Source: Octopus sinensis | Lineage: Eukaryota | DNA length: 64,000 nt | Assembly (NCBI RefSeq): GCF_006345805.1 | Contig: NC_043004.1 | Location: forward strand, 40,610,001-40,674,000 | Reading direction: 5' to 3' | In this document: positions 13,381 to 26,858 of the stretch, in pieces | Layout of the letters: each line of letters opens with the position of its first letter | How positions within the stretch are numbered: position 1 is the first letter of the stretch | The notes under the pieces: generated by a model | The model's input: only the letters and a program-made list of their open reading frames with translations | Told to the model about the DNA's origin: nothing | Database searches by the model: none | Made by a program: the position numbers and the translations under genes

Positions 13381-13590
13381 GGAAGTGACATCACAATCAG
13401 TGGATGACAGTTTGGTGAGCTGATATTTGGAGCTGACATGGGGATACTTGGCTCATCAGAAGATAATCTGCAGTATGCATTGAATGGGTTCACTTCTAAG
13501 TACTGCAAGGCAGGGATGAGAATTAATATTGCAAAGACTGAGACACTGGCTCTATCAAGAAAATCTTCCCAGTGTACTCTGCATGTTAGC
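13381..13590 (+). pseudogene. RTE-type reverse transcriptase fragment
   Basis: LIFGADMGILGSSEDNLQYALNGFTSKYCKAGMRINIAKTETLALSR: decayed FADD motif followed by the GM.IN..KT motif. Confidence 0.75.
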
Positions 13591-13769
13591 TATGTATCTT
13601 AGCTAAAAGCACTAGCACAGCTAGAGTGGGGCAGAGGCGGAGGCAGTTTTATGGGGGTAGCACCACTTTTGGATCAGTTGTAAGCAATATGTACTTTTTG
13701 CAGGGGCCCCGGGGGTGGAAAACTGAAGGGCCATCCCGGGCAGCACATAATCTAGCTACATTAGTGGCT

Positions 13770-14000
13770 AAATGGCCCTAAATGAGAAATGACAACAATA
13801 TATGACAGATCAATGCTTTCATGGAGACCTGCAGAAAGTTAGCAAGAGAATCAAGCAAATATAGCTGCAACCATCTGGTGGCACCACCCTGAACTGGAAG
13901 AATCCGAAATAGTCTTGTGGAACCCATTTCATGGTGATCTCAGAAGAATATGTTGTCACACATACACCAACAACTTGATCACTGACATTGACCTGGATGG
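13770..14000 (+). pseudogene. RTE-like LINE C-terminal fragment (third family)
   Basis: MALNEK*QQYMTDQCFHGDLQKVSKRIKQ...HHPELEESEIVLWNPFHG. Confidence 0.6.
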
Positions 14001-14847
14001 TCAAATAAGTAGTGCTTTCAGATTGGGCCACTTGCTATGCAAGTACATCTCCATTCATGTCTGGAAAAGGTGCTCTTCTACAGGCTCCATCTGTTTTATT
14101 TCTCTTGCATCGATGCTTTCCTGTCTAACACACAGTTCTCCAGGAACTCAAAGCAGTGATGTTGGACCAGAAAGAGTCGAGGGTGCATTTTGTTGCTGTA
14201 GCCTAGATTGGAACCTAGTCATGATAATAAACGTGTATCATTACATTCAGAATTCATTCAAATCCAGTCAGACTAAAGTTTGCTTTTTATTCCTCCAGGC
14301 AGAGAGTGAGATCATCTTAATAAAATAAGTACCAATTATATGCTAGACTGTAAGTGAATATTCTTTACTTCTCCTCTACAAATTTGTAACATTGCATGTC
14401 AGTCTAAGAAATTGTTATTTTTACCATACAAGAACAGAACTGAACTGTAGTAAAACAATGAAAGTTGTCAAAATACCAAGATGTTGCTGAACATTAAATG
14501 ATAAATTTTGAATATATAATGGCAACTAAAAGTACAGTTGTACAATTCTAGAACAGTCTGTGACCCACCATTTGCATCATGTATTGATTAACTGGATTTG
14601 TGATTATAGCATGACTTGGAATAATATAACTCATTCATACATACATACATACATACATACAAACATACATACATACATACATGTATGCATATATATATAT
14701 GTAAATATATATATGTATGAATATATATATATGTATATGTATATATGTATACATACATACACACACAAACACATACATCCACGCATATATATATACATAT
14801 ACACATACAAACATACACACATAAATACATATAAACACACACAAATA

Positions 14848-14880
<33 letters not shown>

Positions 14881-14931
14881 CACATACATACATCCATATA
14901 TACATACATACATACATACATATATTTATAT

Positions 14932-15050
14932 GCTTACCAGCCACATGGTTCCGGGTTCAGTCTCAAGTGTCTTCTATTATAGCCTCGGGCCAACCAAAGC
15001 CTTGTGAGTGGATTTGATAGGCGGAAACTGAAAGAAGCCCATCGTAGATA

Positions 15051-15086
<36 letters not shown>

Positions 15087-15312
15087 TGTATGTATATGCT
15101 TGTGTGTTTGTGTTTGTCACCCCAACATCGCTTGACAACCGATGCTGGTGTGTTTACGTCCCCGTAACTTAGCTGTTTGGCAAAGAGACTGATAGAATAA
15201 GTACTAGGCTTACAGAGAATAAGTCCTGGGGTTGATTTGCTCGACTAAAGACTGTGTTCCAGCATGGCCACAGTCAAATGACTGAAACAAATAAAAGATA
15301 AAAGATAAAAAG
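14932..15312 (+). mobile_element. SINE family A
   Basis: Matches 5222-5638; TAAAAGA tail. Confidence 0.9.
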
Positions 15313-16344
15313 AATCAATCTTACACTCATACTCAATCAGTTTTACACTCATGCTCACTCCAGTCTGGACTCGAGTTTGACAAGACTGTAAGTCTACCAT
15401 ACACTCTAGATAAGCTTATAATTCAAGTCTTTCTTCAGCTTTCCTGACAGTCTTCACTCTAGTTTTGTCTTTACTCAAATCACTAATTAAAATCCTGACG
15501 ACAAGGGGGCTGAGTGGGGGCGGGGAATTTCAAGCTATTAAGTTAAACGATGACATCATTAACTTTCAGAAAGGGGTCACTAGCAACAGGAAGTGACCCA
15601 TAGATCAAAATTCAAAAATTTCCTTTCATTTTTAGACTTAAAGAGAATTTATCATTCTCAGTGAAAGATGGTATGGCATTTCATGGTTGTTGGTCATTTC
15701 ATTGTAGTCACCATTACATTGATAGACTTAATGAAGAGAGAGAGAGAGAGGGTGGGGGTGAGAGAGAGAGAGAGTGAGAGAGAGAAAGTGGGGAGAAAGC
15801 GTTATAAGTTGAAAGAGAGAGAGAGAGAGATACAAGAGGTGGAAAGATTGAGGCATATAAACAAAGAGTGAGAGAGAAATGAAGAAAAAAAGTGTATTAT
15901 AGGTTGAAAGAGAGAGATAGAAAGATTAAAACATATAAACAAAGAGAGAGGAAATGAGAGACGGAGAGAGGAAGAGAGAAAGAGAGGAAGATAGATAGAC
16001 ACAGGGAGGTGGAATGATTGAGATATATAAAACAGAGAGAAGGAGAGACAGACAGAGAGAGACAAAGACAAACAGACAGAGGGAGAGAGAGAAGGAGAGA
16101 CATATAAGGTGAAAGAGAGATAGATTCAGGCTGTTGGAAGTATCAAGACATAAACAGTGAGAAAAACGAAACGAGAAAGACGGTTGTAAGTTGAGAAAGA
16201 GAGACATAGGTTGGTGGAAAGATAGAGACATATAAAGAGAGAGTAATGCAGAAATGAAGCGAGAAAGAGGAAGACAGATGAATGTTAGAAACAGTAAGAG
16301 GAAGGAATGAGATGAATTAGTCAAAGATAGAGATAGACAGTGTG

Positions 16345-17990
16345 AGAGTAAATAGAGAGGGATAGAGTAAGTGGTAGAACAAAGAGAGAGGGATAGAGTA
16401 AGTGGTAGAGTAAAGAGAGAGGGATAGAGTAGGCGGTAGAGTAAAGAGAGAGGGATGGAGTAAGCGGTAGAGTAAAGAGATAGAGATAGAGTAAGTGGTA
16501 GAGTAAAGACAGAGGGATAGAGTAGGCGGTAGAGTAAAGAAAGAGGGATAGAGTATGTGGTAGAGTAAAGAAAGAGGGATAGAGTAAGCGGTAGAGTAAA
16601 GAGATAGAGATAGAGTAAGTGGTAGAGTAAAGAGAGAGGGATGGAGTAAGCGGTAGAGTAAAGAGAGAGGGATAGAGTAGGCGGTAGGGTAAAGAGAGAG
16701 GGATAGAGTAAGCGGTAGAGTAAAGAGAGAGGGATAGAGTAGGCAGTATTGTAAAGAGAGAGGAATGGAGTATGTGGTAGAGTAAAGAGAGAGGGATAGA
16801 GTAGGCAGTAGAGTAAAGAGACAGAGATAGAGTAAGTGGTAGAGTAAAGAGAGAGGGATGGAGTAAGTGGTAGAGTAAAGAGAGAGGGATAGAGTAGGCG
16901 GTAGAGTAAAGAGAGAGGGATAGAGTAAGCGGTAGAGTAAAGAGAGAGGGATAGAGTAGGCGGTAGAGTAAAGAGAGAGGGATAGACTATGTGGTAGAGT
17001 AAAGAGAGAGGGATAGAGTAGGCGGTAGAGTAAAGAGAGAGGGATAGAGTAGGTGGTAGAGTAAAGAGAGAGGGATAGAGTATGTGGTAGAGTAAAGAGA
17101 GAGGGATAGAGTAGGCGGTAGAGTAAAGAGATAGAGATAGAGTAAGTGGTAGAGTAAAGAGATAGGGATAGAGTAGGTGGTAGAGTAAAGAGAGAGGGAT
17201 AGAGTAAGTGGTAGAGTAAAGAGAGAGGGATAGAGTAAGTGGTAGAGTAAAGAGAGAGGGATAGAGTATGTGTTAGAGTAAAGAGAGAGGGATAGAGTAA
17301 GTGGTAGAGTAAAGAGAAAGGGATAGAGTAGGCGGTAGATTAAAGGGATAGAGATAGAGTATGTGGTAGAGTAAAGAGAGAGGGATAGAGTAAGTGGTAG
17401 AGTAAAGGGAGAGGGATAGAGTAAGTGGTAGAGTAAAGAGAGAGGGATAGAGTAGGTGGTAGAGTAAAGAGAGAGGGATAGAGTAAGTGATCGAGTGTAA
17501 GAGAGAGGGACAGAGTAAGTGGTAGAGTAAAGAAAGAGGGATAGAGTAAGTGGTAGAACAAAGAGATAGAGATAGAGTAAGTGGTAGAGTAAAGAGAGAG
17601 GGATAGAGTAGGCGGTAGAGTAAAGAGAGAGGGATAGAGTAGGTGGTAGAATAAAGAAAGAGGGATAGAGTAAGTGGTAGAGTAAAGAGAGAGGGATAGA
17701 GTAAGTGGTAGAGTAAAGATAGAGGGATAGAGCAAGTGATAGTGTAAAGAGATAGGGATAGAGCAAGTGATAGTGTAAAGAGAGAGGGATAGAGTAAGTG
17801 GTAGAGTAAAGAGAGAGGGATAGAGTAGGTGGTAGAGTAAAGAGAGAGGGATAGAGTAAGTGATCGAGTTAAGAGAGAGGGACAGAGTAAGTGGTAGAGT
17901 AAAGAAAGAGGGATAGAGTAAGTGGTAGAACAAAGAGATAGAGATAGAGTAAGTGGTAGAGTAAAGAGAGAGGGATAGAGTAAGTGGTAA
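16345..17990. repeat. 31-bp purine-rich minisatellite AGAGAGAGGGATAGAGTAAGTGGTAGAGTAA
   Basis: Roughly 50 tandem units embedded in (GA)-rich sequence. Confidence 0.95.
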
Positions 17991-18454
17991 AGAGTGTGAT
18001 AGTAATAGATAAAGAGAAAGTAACATAATTTAGGGGAGAGTGAGAGAAAATAGGGGAGAAAGAAACAAAGACAATATGAGAGTTGCATGAAGATAGATAG
18101 AAGAAAGGGTATGTGTAGGTAAGTAGGTAGGTAGGTAGACGGGAATATGTTTGTGTGCTTGTAGATATGTGAGTATAAAAGTAGTGTGTGCGTATGTTAG
18201 TGTGCGTGTGTGTGCATGTGTCCATGTGTGTATGTATCTGTGTGTGTGTGAGTGTGTATGTGTGTGTGCATGAGTGTGTATGTGTGTGTGTGAAAGAGAG
18301 AGAGACAGAGAGTGAAAGAGGGAGAGACAGAGAAAGAAAGACAGAGAGAGACAGAGAGAGAGAGACAGAGAGAGAGACAGAGAGAGAGAATAGGAGCAAT
18401 TGAGAAGAGGATGCTAGACAGAAAAATGACTAAGAAAATGACAGAAACAAAGAG

Positions 18455-18492
<38 letters not shown>

Positions 18493-18938
18493 ACACACAC
18501 ACACACACAGAGAACACATAAGAGAGAAAGGGAGAATTAACTATTTTAAGAGAATATCAGTGTTATCAACCAATCAATCAATCCATTGATCTGACCTTTC
18601 CTGTAAATAATCACTAATAGCGATCAATAATGGCCAGATTAATAATGTGCTAAGATGGAGCAAAAAGGGGGTTAACTGAACAGAACAATGAAGCCCTTCC
18701 GCAAATTATTCCTCTTACTTGGTGGTAGGGGTCTGCATAGTATAATTCTATCATGAAAGGGTTTTGATGTTTCATCAGAGTTCAGGCAAATAATGTAGCA
18801 ACAACCAGGGCAGGATTTAAATCCCGTCCCAGGATGACTGTCATAAACATAGGAACTAAATAATTACCACCCCATACTTGTACATGAGTTTGTCAAGTTC
18901 TAATTGTTATATAGAGTGAAGAATTTAGTGCTCTAGGT

Positions 18939-19248
18939 CAGTGGTTCCCAAACTTTTCTGGACTGTCGCCCCCTTGACACCCAGGCCACATTCCTAGAGG
19001 TCCCACCCCAAGTAACCATCACCGACATAGACCTCTTTCTGAAACAATTTCAAAGCAACTGCATTTCACAAATAAAACTTAACCTAGCAAACCCATTATT
19101 TTGTTGATTTTGCATGAATCGCTACCCTATTATTGCCCCATATTTTACATGAATTACTATCCTGATATTGCCCCACTTTTCTTCAACGCCCCCTTGGAAC
19201 TTTCCACCGCCCACAGGGAAACAATATCACCCACTTTGGGAACCACTG
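18939..19248. mobile_element. hAT (Buster/Charlie-type) MITE
   Basis: TIR CAGTGGTTCCCAAA...TTTGGGAACCACTG; 8-bp TSD CTCTAGGT/CTTTAGGT with central TA. Confidence 0.9.
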
Positions 19249-19624
19249 CTTTAGGTTCTTGCTCTTCGTCTGAAAATATGGAAGAGATTGAGGAAAGGTG
19301 AGGTTGTCTCCATGGGCTGCTGGAAAATGGTGAATGGTGAATGGAAAGGGGATTATAAAAGCCAGAAGACAGGTAGTGTAAATATGAAAGGGTCTGAAAT
19401 AAATGAACAGAGAGGAAATAACGACTGAGACAGATAAGGTGGAGTGGATCACAGCTTTAATTCTATTGTTACTCTATTTCTGTTGAAATACACTGAGTCT
19501 TGGTTAATTTTGAAAATAATAAAGAATTTAGAAAAATAACTTTGTCACTCAAACATGTGGAGTTCTTCTAGTGACCAGTTAGTACAAGGGAGACAATCAT
19601 CTCATCATAGATTTGATGAGATTA

Positions 19625-20047
19625 GAAGTTTGAATTTAGAAATCGATCAACATCAATGGAAATTGTAGCTCTGATAGTAGTGCCGGGGGCACGTAAGAGA
19701 ACCATCCGAACATGGCCATTGCCAACGCTGCCCTGACTGGCCTCCATACCGGTGGCATGTAAAAAGCACCATCCAATCGTGGCCGTTGCCAGCCTCGCCT
19801 GGCCTCCGTGCCAGTGGCACGTAAAAAGCACCATCCGGCCGTGGCTGTTTGCCAGTCTCATCTGGCACGTAAAAAGCATTCACTACACTCACGGAGTGGT
19901 TGGCATTAGGAAGGGCATCCAGCCGTAGAAACATTGCCAGATCAGACTGGGCTTGGTGCAGCCTCCTGGCTTCCCAGACCCCAGTTGAACCATCCAACCA
20001 ATGCTAGCATGGAAAGCGGACGCTAAACAATGATGATGATGATGATG
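19625..20047 (+). mobile_element. RTE LINE 3' UTR, 5'-truncated
   Basis: Matches 27125-27482; (GAT)n tail. Confidence 0.9.
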
Positions 20048-20844
20048 TGAAATGAATTTTCAGGCCAAAGATAGGTTGCCTGTGGAGTCAACCTACGTTT
20101 TCAGGTGGAAAATTTTGGAGGACCAAAAACTCCATGTGAAATGCTGCTGGATTTGGAAAGATAGTGACAATATTTGAGTGTTTACACTACATTTACACTG
20201 CATACTACAATGACTTGCATGCCAGTAAAAATGGTAAAGAACCAGATGCATAGAATATTCCTTATTAATTTATTGGTTTTTATTTTCCTTTTCTTATTAT
20301 AAAGGTCTTAAAAGTTCCAATCATAGATAACCAGATATAGCATCATTTCATTTTTGTTTAGAAATTGTCAGCATGACATAACCTGAGGTATATGAATTAA
20401 ACATTTTATAAAGCAAGACATTTCTTTTTTAGATGGAAAATAATTCCAGTCTGAAAGAAATTCATGGAATGTTGTTTTGAGATTTATTTTTATTTTATTA
20501 TTCTTCGTAGAACCTTAGTTGTTTAGTAATCAAAAGAGAAGAGAGAGAAATTATTATTGTCTACATGCAGATTAACTGTTTCCAGAGAGTTCTACCTTGC
20601 AAAGATATTCTTATAGCAGTAAATATTTTAGTTTTAACTATGAAAGAAATTCAAAAGCCATTTTCAATATTTTCTTTTGTCATTGATATTGGTTTGAAGT
20701 TCTTACCTCATAGCAGTAAACCTGGTGTTTATAATAATTAGCAGGAAATTTTTATGGAAGATTTTAATTTAGATCAATTTAAAAGAAGAAATTTGTGTCA
20801 TAGATCCAGAGACAGTCCCTTGTGGGTCAGTATTAAAAGGTTTA

Positions 20845-21368
20845 CTGTAAATCCTCGAGTATAGTTCACCCTTGAGTATAATATGCAGGGGATTTTTAGG
20901 GGGATGTACCTCTGAAGAACCTAAACCTTGTGTATAATACGCACCCCTTCTCTAACTTGAGTCATGCGTAATTAAGCCAGCAGCACCTAGTTGAACAAAC
21001 ACTTCCGCGCATGCGTAATACAATAATGGTGATGTTCTTAACTGTTATATGGGAATGTAAATATGTTTGCAAATTGTTTTTGTTACATGTTATTCTGTGT
21101 TCTGAATACTTTTATTTTAATAAATGTTGCTTACCACAAGTTATGGATGATTCTTTTATGACTTCATTGCTTTCAGGCTTAGAGCTTAAGGTATTTTTGC
21201 GCCCAACATCACAAAATGCGTCTGAATAAACATTGCCGGACAGCAAATAGAGACTCGGACATTGCTTAAAAAATACTTTTCATTTTTAACCTTAAATATA
21301 GTACGCACTAGGGATTTTGACCTTAAAGTTTTGGGGAAAAAATGCGGATTATACTCAAGGAATTATGG
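20845..21368. mobile_element. pogo/Tigger-like MITE
   Basis: TA-CTGTAAATCCTCGAGTATA...TATACTCAAGGAATTATGG-TA inverted termini with TA flanks. Confidence 0.8.
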
Positions 21369-21594
21369 TAAGCAAGACCGTGTTGATGATCAAGGAAGGA
21401 TGTTGGAAGGAGGTTGGTAAAGAGTAGTGTAAAGAAAGAAGCAATGGTATGCCTAGAGAAGCATTGCCTAGAAATTAGAACAGCTAAAAAATGGGTATCT
21501 CACGTGATATCCAACTATTCTCATATATGCAATAAGGCAAACACATGCAAGCACACGTCACTCCTACCTAGTAACAAGCAAAGTTACAGAAGCA

Positions 21595-22980
21595 ATCATC
21601 ATCATCATCATCATCACCATCACCATCCATCCATCTATCCATCCATCCATTTCCCATGTCGGCATGGGTAAAGCAGTTTGGCTGGGGCTGGTGTGCTGGA
21701 GAGCTGCACCAGGTTCCAGTCATCTGTTGCAGTTTGGCTTCTTTTGCTGGATGCCCTTCTTAACACTTTACAGAGTGTACTGGGTGTTCCACTGGCATGG
21801 GATGCTTAATGTGTGTCACCAGCAGAGTGCCTTTTACATGTCTCCGGTATGGATTCCTTTTACTCATCGCTGGCACAGATGCCCTTTACTTGTCATTGGC
21901 ATGGGTGCCTCTTATATGTCACTGGTACAAGTGCCCTTTAAGTGTCAATAGTACTGGCAATGGGGGCTAATGCAGTTTTGCATCTGTCCTTGAAAAATGC
22001 ATTTTTTGGAAAAAATTTTTTCAGGTTCTTCTGTTTCAGATGTCGGAGATTATAAATATGCAAAAAAACAATTTTTTTTAAATTTCACCTTCCCACCCAC
22101 AATTTAAATTTTTGGTTTTGCTTACTTTAAAGATATCATAGCGATTTGACTAACATAGGCAAATCGAAATTAAATACAGACGAAAACATTAAAGTGAAAA
22201 GAATCTGTGTTTTACTTGTGTTTGCCTTAAATAATCATAAATAATAATATAATGTAAATTAAATATACACCATTTTATGAGAAACAAACATTAATATTTA
22301 ATAACTAATGTTATAAAGTTTAATAAGGGGCTCAAATTTCACCTCTCCCCAAACTTTAAATTTTGAACTTTTTCATCCATTTATTTGTCTGTCTATTTAT
22401 CCTTATCCATTTATTCATTAAATGTATTTGTCAACTAAATGTGGCGGTCCCATAGAAGACGGTGTTACTGTTGTTTTTCGCCCCAGGAAGATATTCATAT
22501 CTATCTCTTTATACACCTATCTATATGCTTATTGAATTTATAAGTTTCAAAACATGGTTTCTTGCATATCTGGAATCTCCATCATCTAAAACATAGAGTT
22601 AAAAAATTTCGAAAATGTTCAAAATTTTAAATGAGAGGGGGGAATGGTGGTGGTTGTGGTGGGGATAAAAAAATTTTTTTTTTCTTTTTGCATACACATA
22701 ATCTCCAACATCTAAAACGTAGGAATCTGAAAAAAGCACTTCAAAAAATGCTGTTTTCAAGGAGAGGTGTGAAACTGCATTAGCCCCTGGTAATAACCGC
22801 AATTCACTTAGCTTAACATGTCTTGTCAAGTACAGCAAATTGCCAGAAGTCTCAGCCACATTTCATTACCTCTGTGACACTCGACAACCAAAGATCATAT
22901 TTCCCCACCTTGTCCCATGTCTTCCTGAGTCTATCCCTTCCACAGGTTCCCTTCACAGAGAGATCAGAGCTCAGCACTTC
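21595..22980 (-). mobile_element. Diverged RTE 3' end split by a foldback element
   Basis: Minus 22815-22980 encodes KGTCGRDRLRKTWDKVGKYDL; the UTR and (GAT)n tail resume at 21960-21595. Confidence 0.7.
21963..22787. mobile_element. Non-autonomous DNA transposon with long (~150 bp) imperfect TIRs
   Basis: GGGGCTAATGCAGTTT...AAACTGCATTAGCCCC; flanks TGGCAATG/TGGTAATA may be a decayed 8-bp TSD. Confidence 0.8.
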
Positions 22981-23347
22981 GTTGATGACAATTTAAAACC
23001 AACAAGACTAGAGAGGAAAACAGCCCAGAGTCAAGAACAGTAGGAAAGAGTTTGTCAATGGCTTTAACTCCATAAGGAGCAATGAGCTTAAGTAAGTAAA
23101 TAGATGCATTCAAATAAACAAAGTCAAGAAAATATGCTAATCACTGCTTTGATTCTTGTAAATAACCCACCTGTATGTCAATGATAATAAATTAGGCTTG
23201 CCAGAAACTGGGGCAACCTTTTGTTGTATTATTCACAAGGTTAGACCCCCATCATTCATGCTGTTTAGCTCCAAATCAGCTGTAGCCATCCTATCTTTCT
23301 TAAGATGGTATGTTGCATTTAAGAGCATTTAATGGCTATGGGTGGGG

Positions 23348-23736
23348 GTGCCAAGAGTACCATCCGAGCATGATCGTTGCCAGAGCAGCCAACTGGCTTC
23401 CATACCCGTGGCACGTAAAAGGGCACCATCCGAGCGTGATCGTTACCAACGTCACTTTACTGGCACCTGTGCCAGTGGCACGTGTGCCAGTGGCACGTGT
23501 AAAAAGGTTCGAGCAAGGTCATTGCCAGTGCCACCTGACTGGCCCCCATGCCAGTGGCATGTAAAAAGCACCCACTACACTCTCGGAGTGGTTGGCGTTA
23601 GAAAGGGTATTCAGCTGAAGAAACTCTGCCAGATCAAGATTGGAGCCTGGTGCAGCCATCTGGTTCACCAGCCCTCAGTCAAAATCATCCAACCCATGCT
23701 AGCATGGAAAGCGGACATTAAACGATGATGATGATG
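23348..23736 (+). mobile_element. RTE LINE 3' UTR, 5'-truncated
   Basis: Same modules and tail as 26859-27482. Confidence 0.85.
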
Positions 23737-24269
23737 GTGAGGTGGGAGGTGGGGTTCCCTGTATCTGGTAAGTATACTGTGCAGGAAAGTTCTTGGACAT
23801 ACCAAATCTGTGGAACAGTTACAAATCCTTGTTGGAACTAATTCACTACACTTCACTTGCATTGCTATTTTCTCCTTTCATAGCAGAACAGAGACAAATA
23901 GTTACCATCACCCATTGATGGATATCAATAATTATGGAAATCTGAGCAGAAAGATACTGAAGTCAACAAATTGTGGATATCATTCACATATGTATAAAAA
24001 AAAATAGCAGCCTGATCTCCCACAAAGCACACTCTACATCTTAGGTCAGGAAGGACCACATTATCCAATGTGTCCTCCTGCTTTTAAGATGATAATATGT
24101 GGTATAAGAGGAATTTCGTTGCTATTTCTAACTGGTCAAATATGGAGGCTTATTTGTTGAATGAGACAGCATTTTGGACAATGTCATTCTGGGATGTTTA
24201 ATTGTAAATCTACTTGATCCAGGCAGATCTGGGTCTAAACATCAGCAATAAGTCACTCATCTGTTTCTT

Positions 24270-24832
24270 ATTTAGTACGATTATCACACTCAAACACCAC
24301 TAAATATGTTCAGCACGCAATAAGAACTTTCGAAGATCTTTTCTGGTAAAAGCACATATTCAACATAACAAAGACTACATCACAAAGACAAGCCTTTCTC
24401 TTCTGAACCAGGAAATACTGCAACTTTTTGAAAACTCAGATGAGACCTCACAATAGAGCATGCTCCTACTTCTAGCAAGTTGCTAATGTCCTAGACTACA
24501 TTCAAAGAAAGGTTACTTGACTTATTGGCATAAAGTCACTCACCAACACATTCTAACCTCTGGCCTGCAGACATGCTAACATTTCCATCTACCTTTCCTA
24601 CTGCAACTATAACGGCCTCATCAGCTCAGAGGTGGCTCGCCTCATGCCACCTCTATCCAGCTTTTTCTGATTTACTAATCTCTCCTTCTCTTATCACCCG
24701 TATTATATCCACCAATCGCAGGCTCTACACTAACCATTCTATACTCATTCCTTCTGGAATTCCCCCATTGTACATATTTTTCCATCAGCCATCAATTTGC
24801 CACTCTCCAAGTGGAATTTTGACATCATTAAT
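24270..24832 (+). pseudogene. Decayed Jockey/I-group-like LINE 3' coding end
   Basis: Broken frames KTQMRP, LDYIQRKVT*LIG, PLACRH, SSEVARLMPP, WNS...FPSAINL. Confidence 0.6.
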
Positions 24833-24847
24833 CTCATCATCAGTCAG

Positions 24848-25345
24848 TGTGGAGGGACATGGCTTTGTGGTTAGGGTGTTGGACTCATGATTGAAAGATT
24901 GTGGTTTCAATTTCTGGACTGGGGACACATTGTGTTCTTGTGCAAAACACTTCATTCCACTTAGCTCCAGTCCATTCAGCTGGCAAAAATGAGTAATCCT
25001 GAGTAATCCTGTAAATGAGTAATCCTGAAACGGACTGGCCTCCCATCCAGGTGAGGAATATATGTGCCATGAAACTGGGAAACCGGCCCTTATGAGTCAG
25101 TATGACTCGAGAAGATAACCTTACCTTTAGTAGTAGCTTAATGGTTAGGATGTTGGACTATGATCATAAGATTGTGGTTTCAATTCCTGGACTGGACAAC
25201 ACATTGAGTTCTTGAGCAAAACACTTCATTTCACATTGCTCCTGTCCACTCAGCTGGCAAAAAATGAGTACTAATGGGCTGATGTTCTATCCAGGTGGGA
25301 AATATAGTGGCCATGGAAGACAGAAAAACCGGTCTTATGACTCTA
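24848..25345 (+). mobile_element. Two adjacent tRNA-derived SINEs, family C
   Basis: Heads TGGTTAGGGTGTTGGACT...GGTTTCAATT at 24848 and ~25135; shared GGGAAACCGGCCCTTATGAG 3' part also at 42110-42290 and 46887-47170. Confidence 0.75.
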
Positions 25346-25349
25346 TATA

Positions 25350-25533
25350 CCATAATTCAACATGTATAAAGAAACCTTTTTTTTTAGTCAAAAATTAGGT
25401 TTAAAAAATATGGGAGTTTCTTATACATGGATAGTATTATAATCCCTTGCAAAATATTTTTTTCCAAATTTTAAGCTCCCCAAATTAGGGGGTTCCTTAT
25501 ACACAAGGGTTCCTTATACACATTAAAATATGG
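25350..25533. mobile_element. pogo-like MITE
   Basis: TA-CCATAATT...AAATATGG-TA with internal CTTATACA repeats. Confidence 0.7.
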
Positions 25534-26054
25534 TAACAAGGGAAGGAACTTTACTCTTATTTTTAATCTCACCAGTTTCAGATGGGCCTGCAAAGGCTAT
25601 GGACAGAGCAAGAGTACACACGAACGTGTGTATAATGAGAGACACAAAACATTATTGCGTAGTCTGCCCAAGGCATCATACTGTGTATGAGAGTCAGTGT
25701 ATGATGAATGTGTAATGAAACTTGTGTGTGTCAGTATGGATGCCTTACGGATATGCAGTGAAGTGTGTGTATAAGTTTTTAGTATATTATGGATGTGCAG
25801 TGAAGTGTATGTTAGCCTATGAAGAGAGGAGGTGGGTGGCATATTCATTTAATAAATTCTTTAATCGTAGCTCATTACTGATAAATTAATTGATATTCAT
25901 TTGATATATGGGTTCTTTGTCATCTGGCATACAAAAGATATTAATTTATTTCTCTTTGTTTTTATTTACTGATATTTTATTATTCTTATATCTGTTTATT
26001 TGTTATTTATGTAGGTTCTTATTAAATAATTATAGATTTTTGCTATATTAATAA

Positions 26055-26079
26055 ATGTGTGTGTGTGTGTGTATATATG

Positions 26080-26176
<97 letters not shown>

Positions 26177-26240
26177 GTATGTATATATATAATATAAATA
26201 TGTATATATATATATATATTATATATATATATATATATAT

Positions 26241-26273
<33 letters not shown>

Positions 26274-26278
26274 CATAC

Positions 26279-26325
<47 letters not shown>

Positions 26326-26562
26326 TACATACATGCATATCATCATCATCATCATCATCGTTTAGCGATGATGATGATGATATGCATGTATGTATATATG
26401 TGTATATATATACACACACACATATTTAAATTTATATATATATACATACATATATATATGTATGTATGTGTTTATATACATATGTGTGTATATATATGCA
26501 TATATATTTATATATATATATATATATACATGCACACATGCACACACACACATATATATACT
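26055..26562. repeat. (TA)n/(TATG)n microsatellite
   Basis: Direct reading; similar large tracts at 29060-29345, 35515-35850, 39785-40560, 44935-45400 and 54790-55430. Confidence 0.95.
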
Positions 26563-26858
26563 CATATAAATCAATTAATCAAGTGAAGCTATATATGTTA
26601 GGATGACAGAGATGTAAGAGAAACATATAAGTGTGTGTTTTTAGTAATGAATCATTTCTAGCCACTCTATGCAAAATAATGACTGATTAAACCCTTTGTG
26701 TTTCTCTCTGTGGCTTCATAAAAGATCATCCTCACTAGTTTCAATTGCTTTTACTGCTTCACGTTGTTCTGACCCCAGAACATGCTCAAACATAGAGCTA
26801 CTAGGTTGAATCCACAGTTTTTTTTAAATTTTCACTGATGACTTTTTTGGCAACTCAT

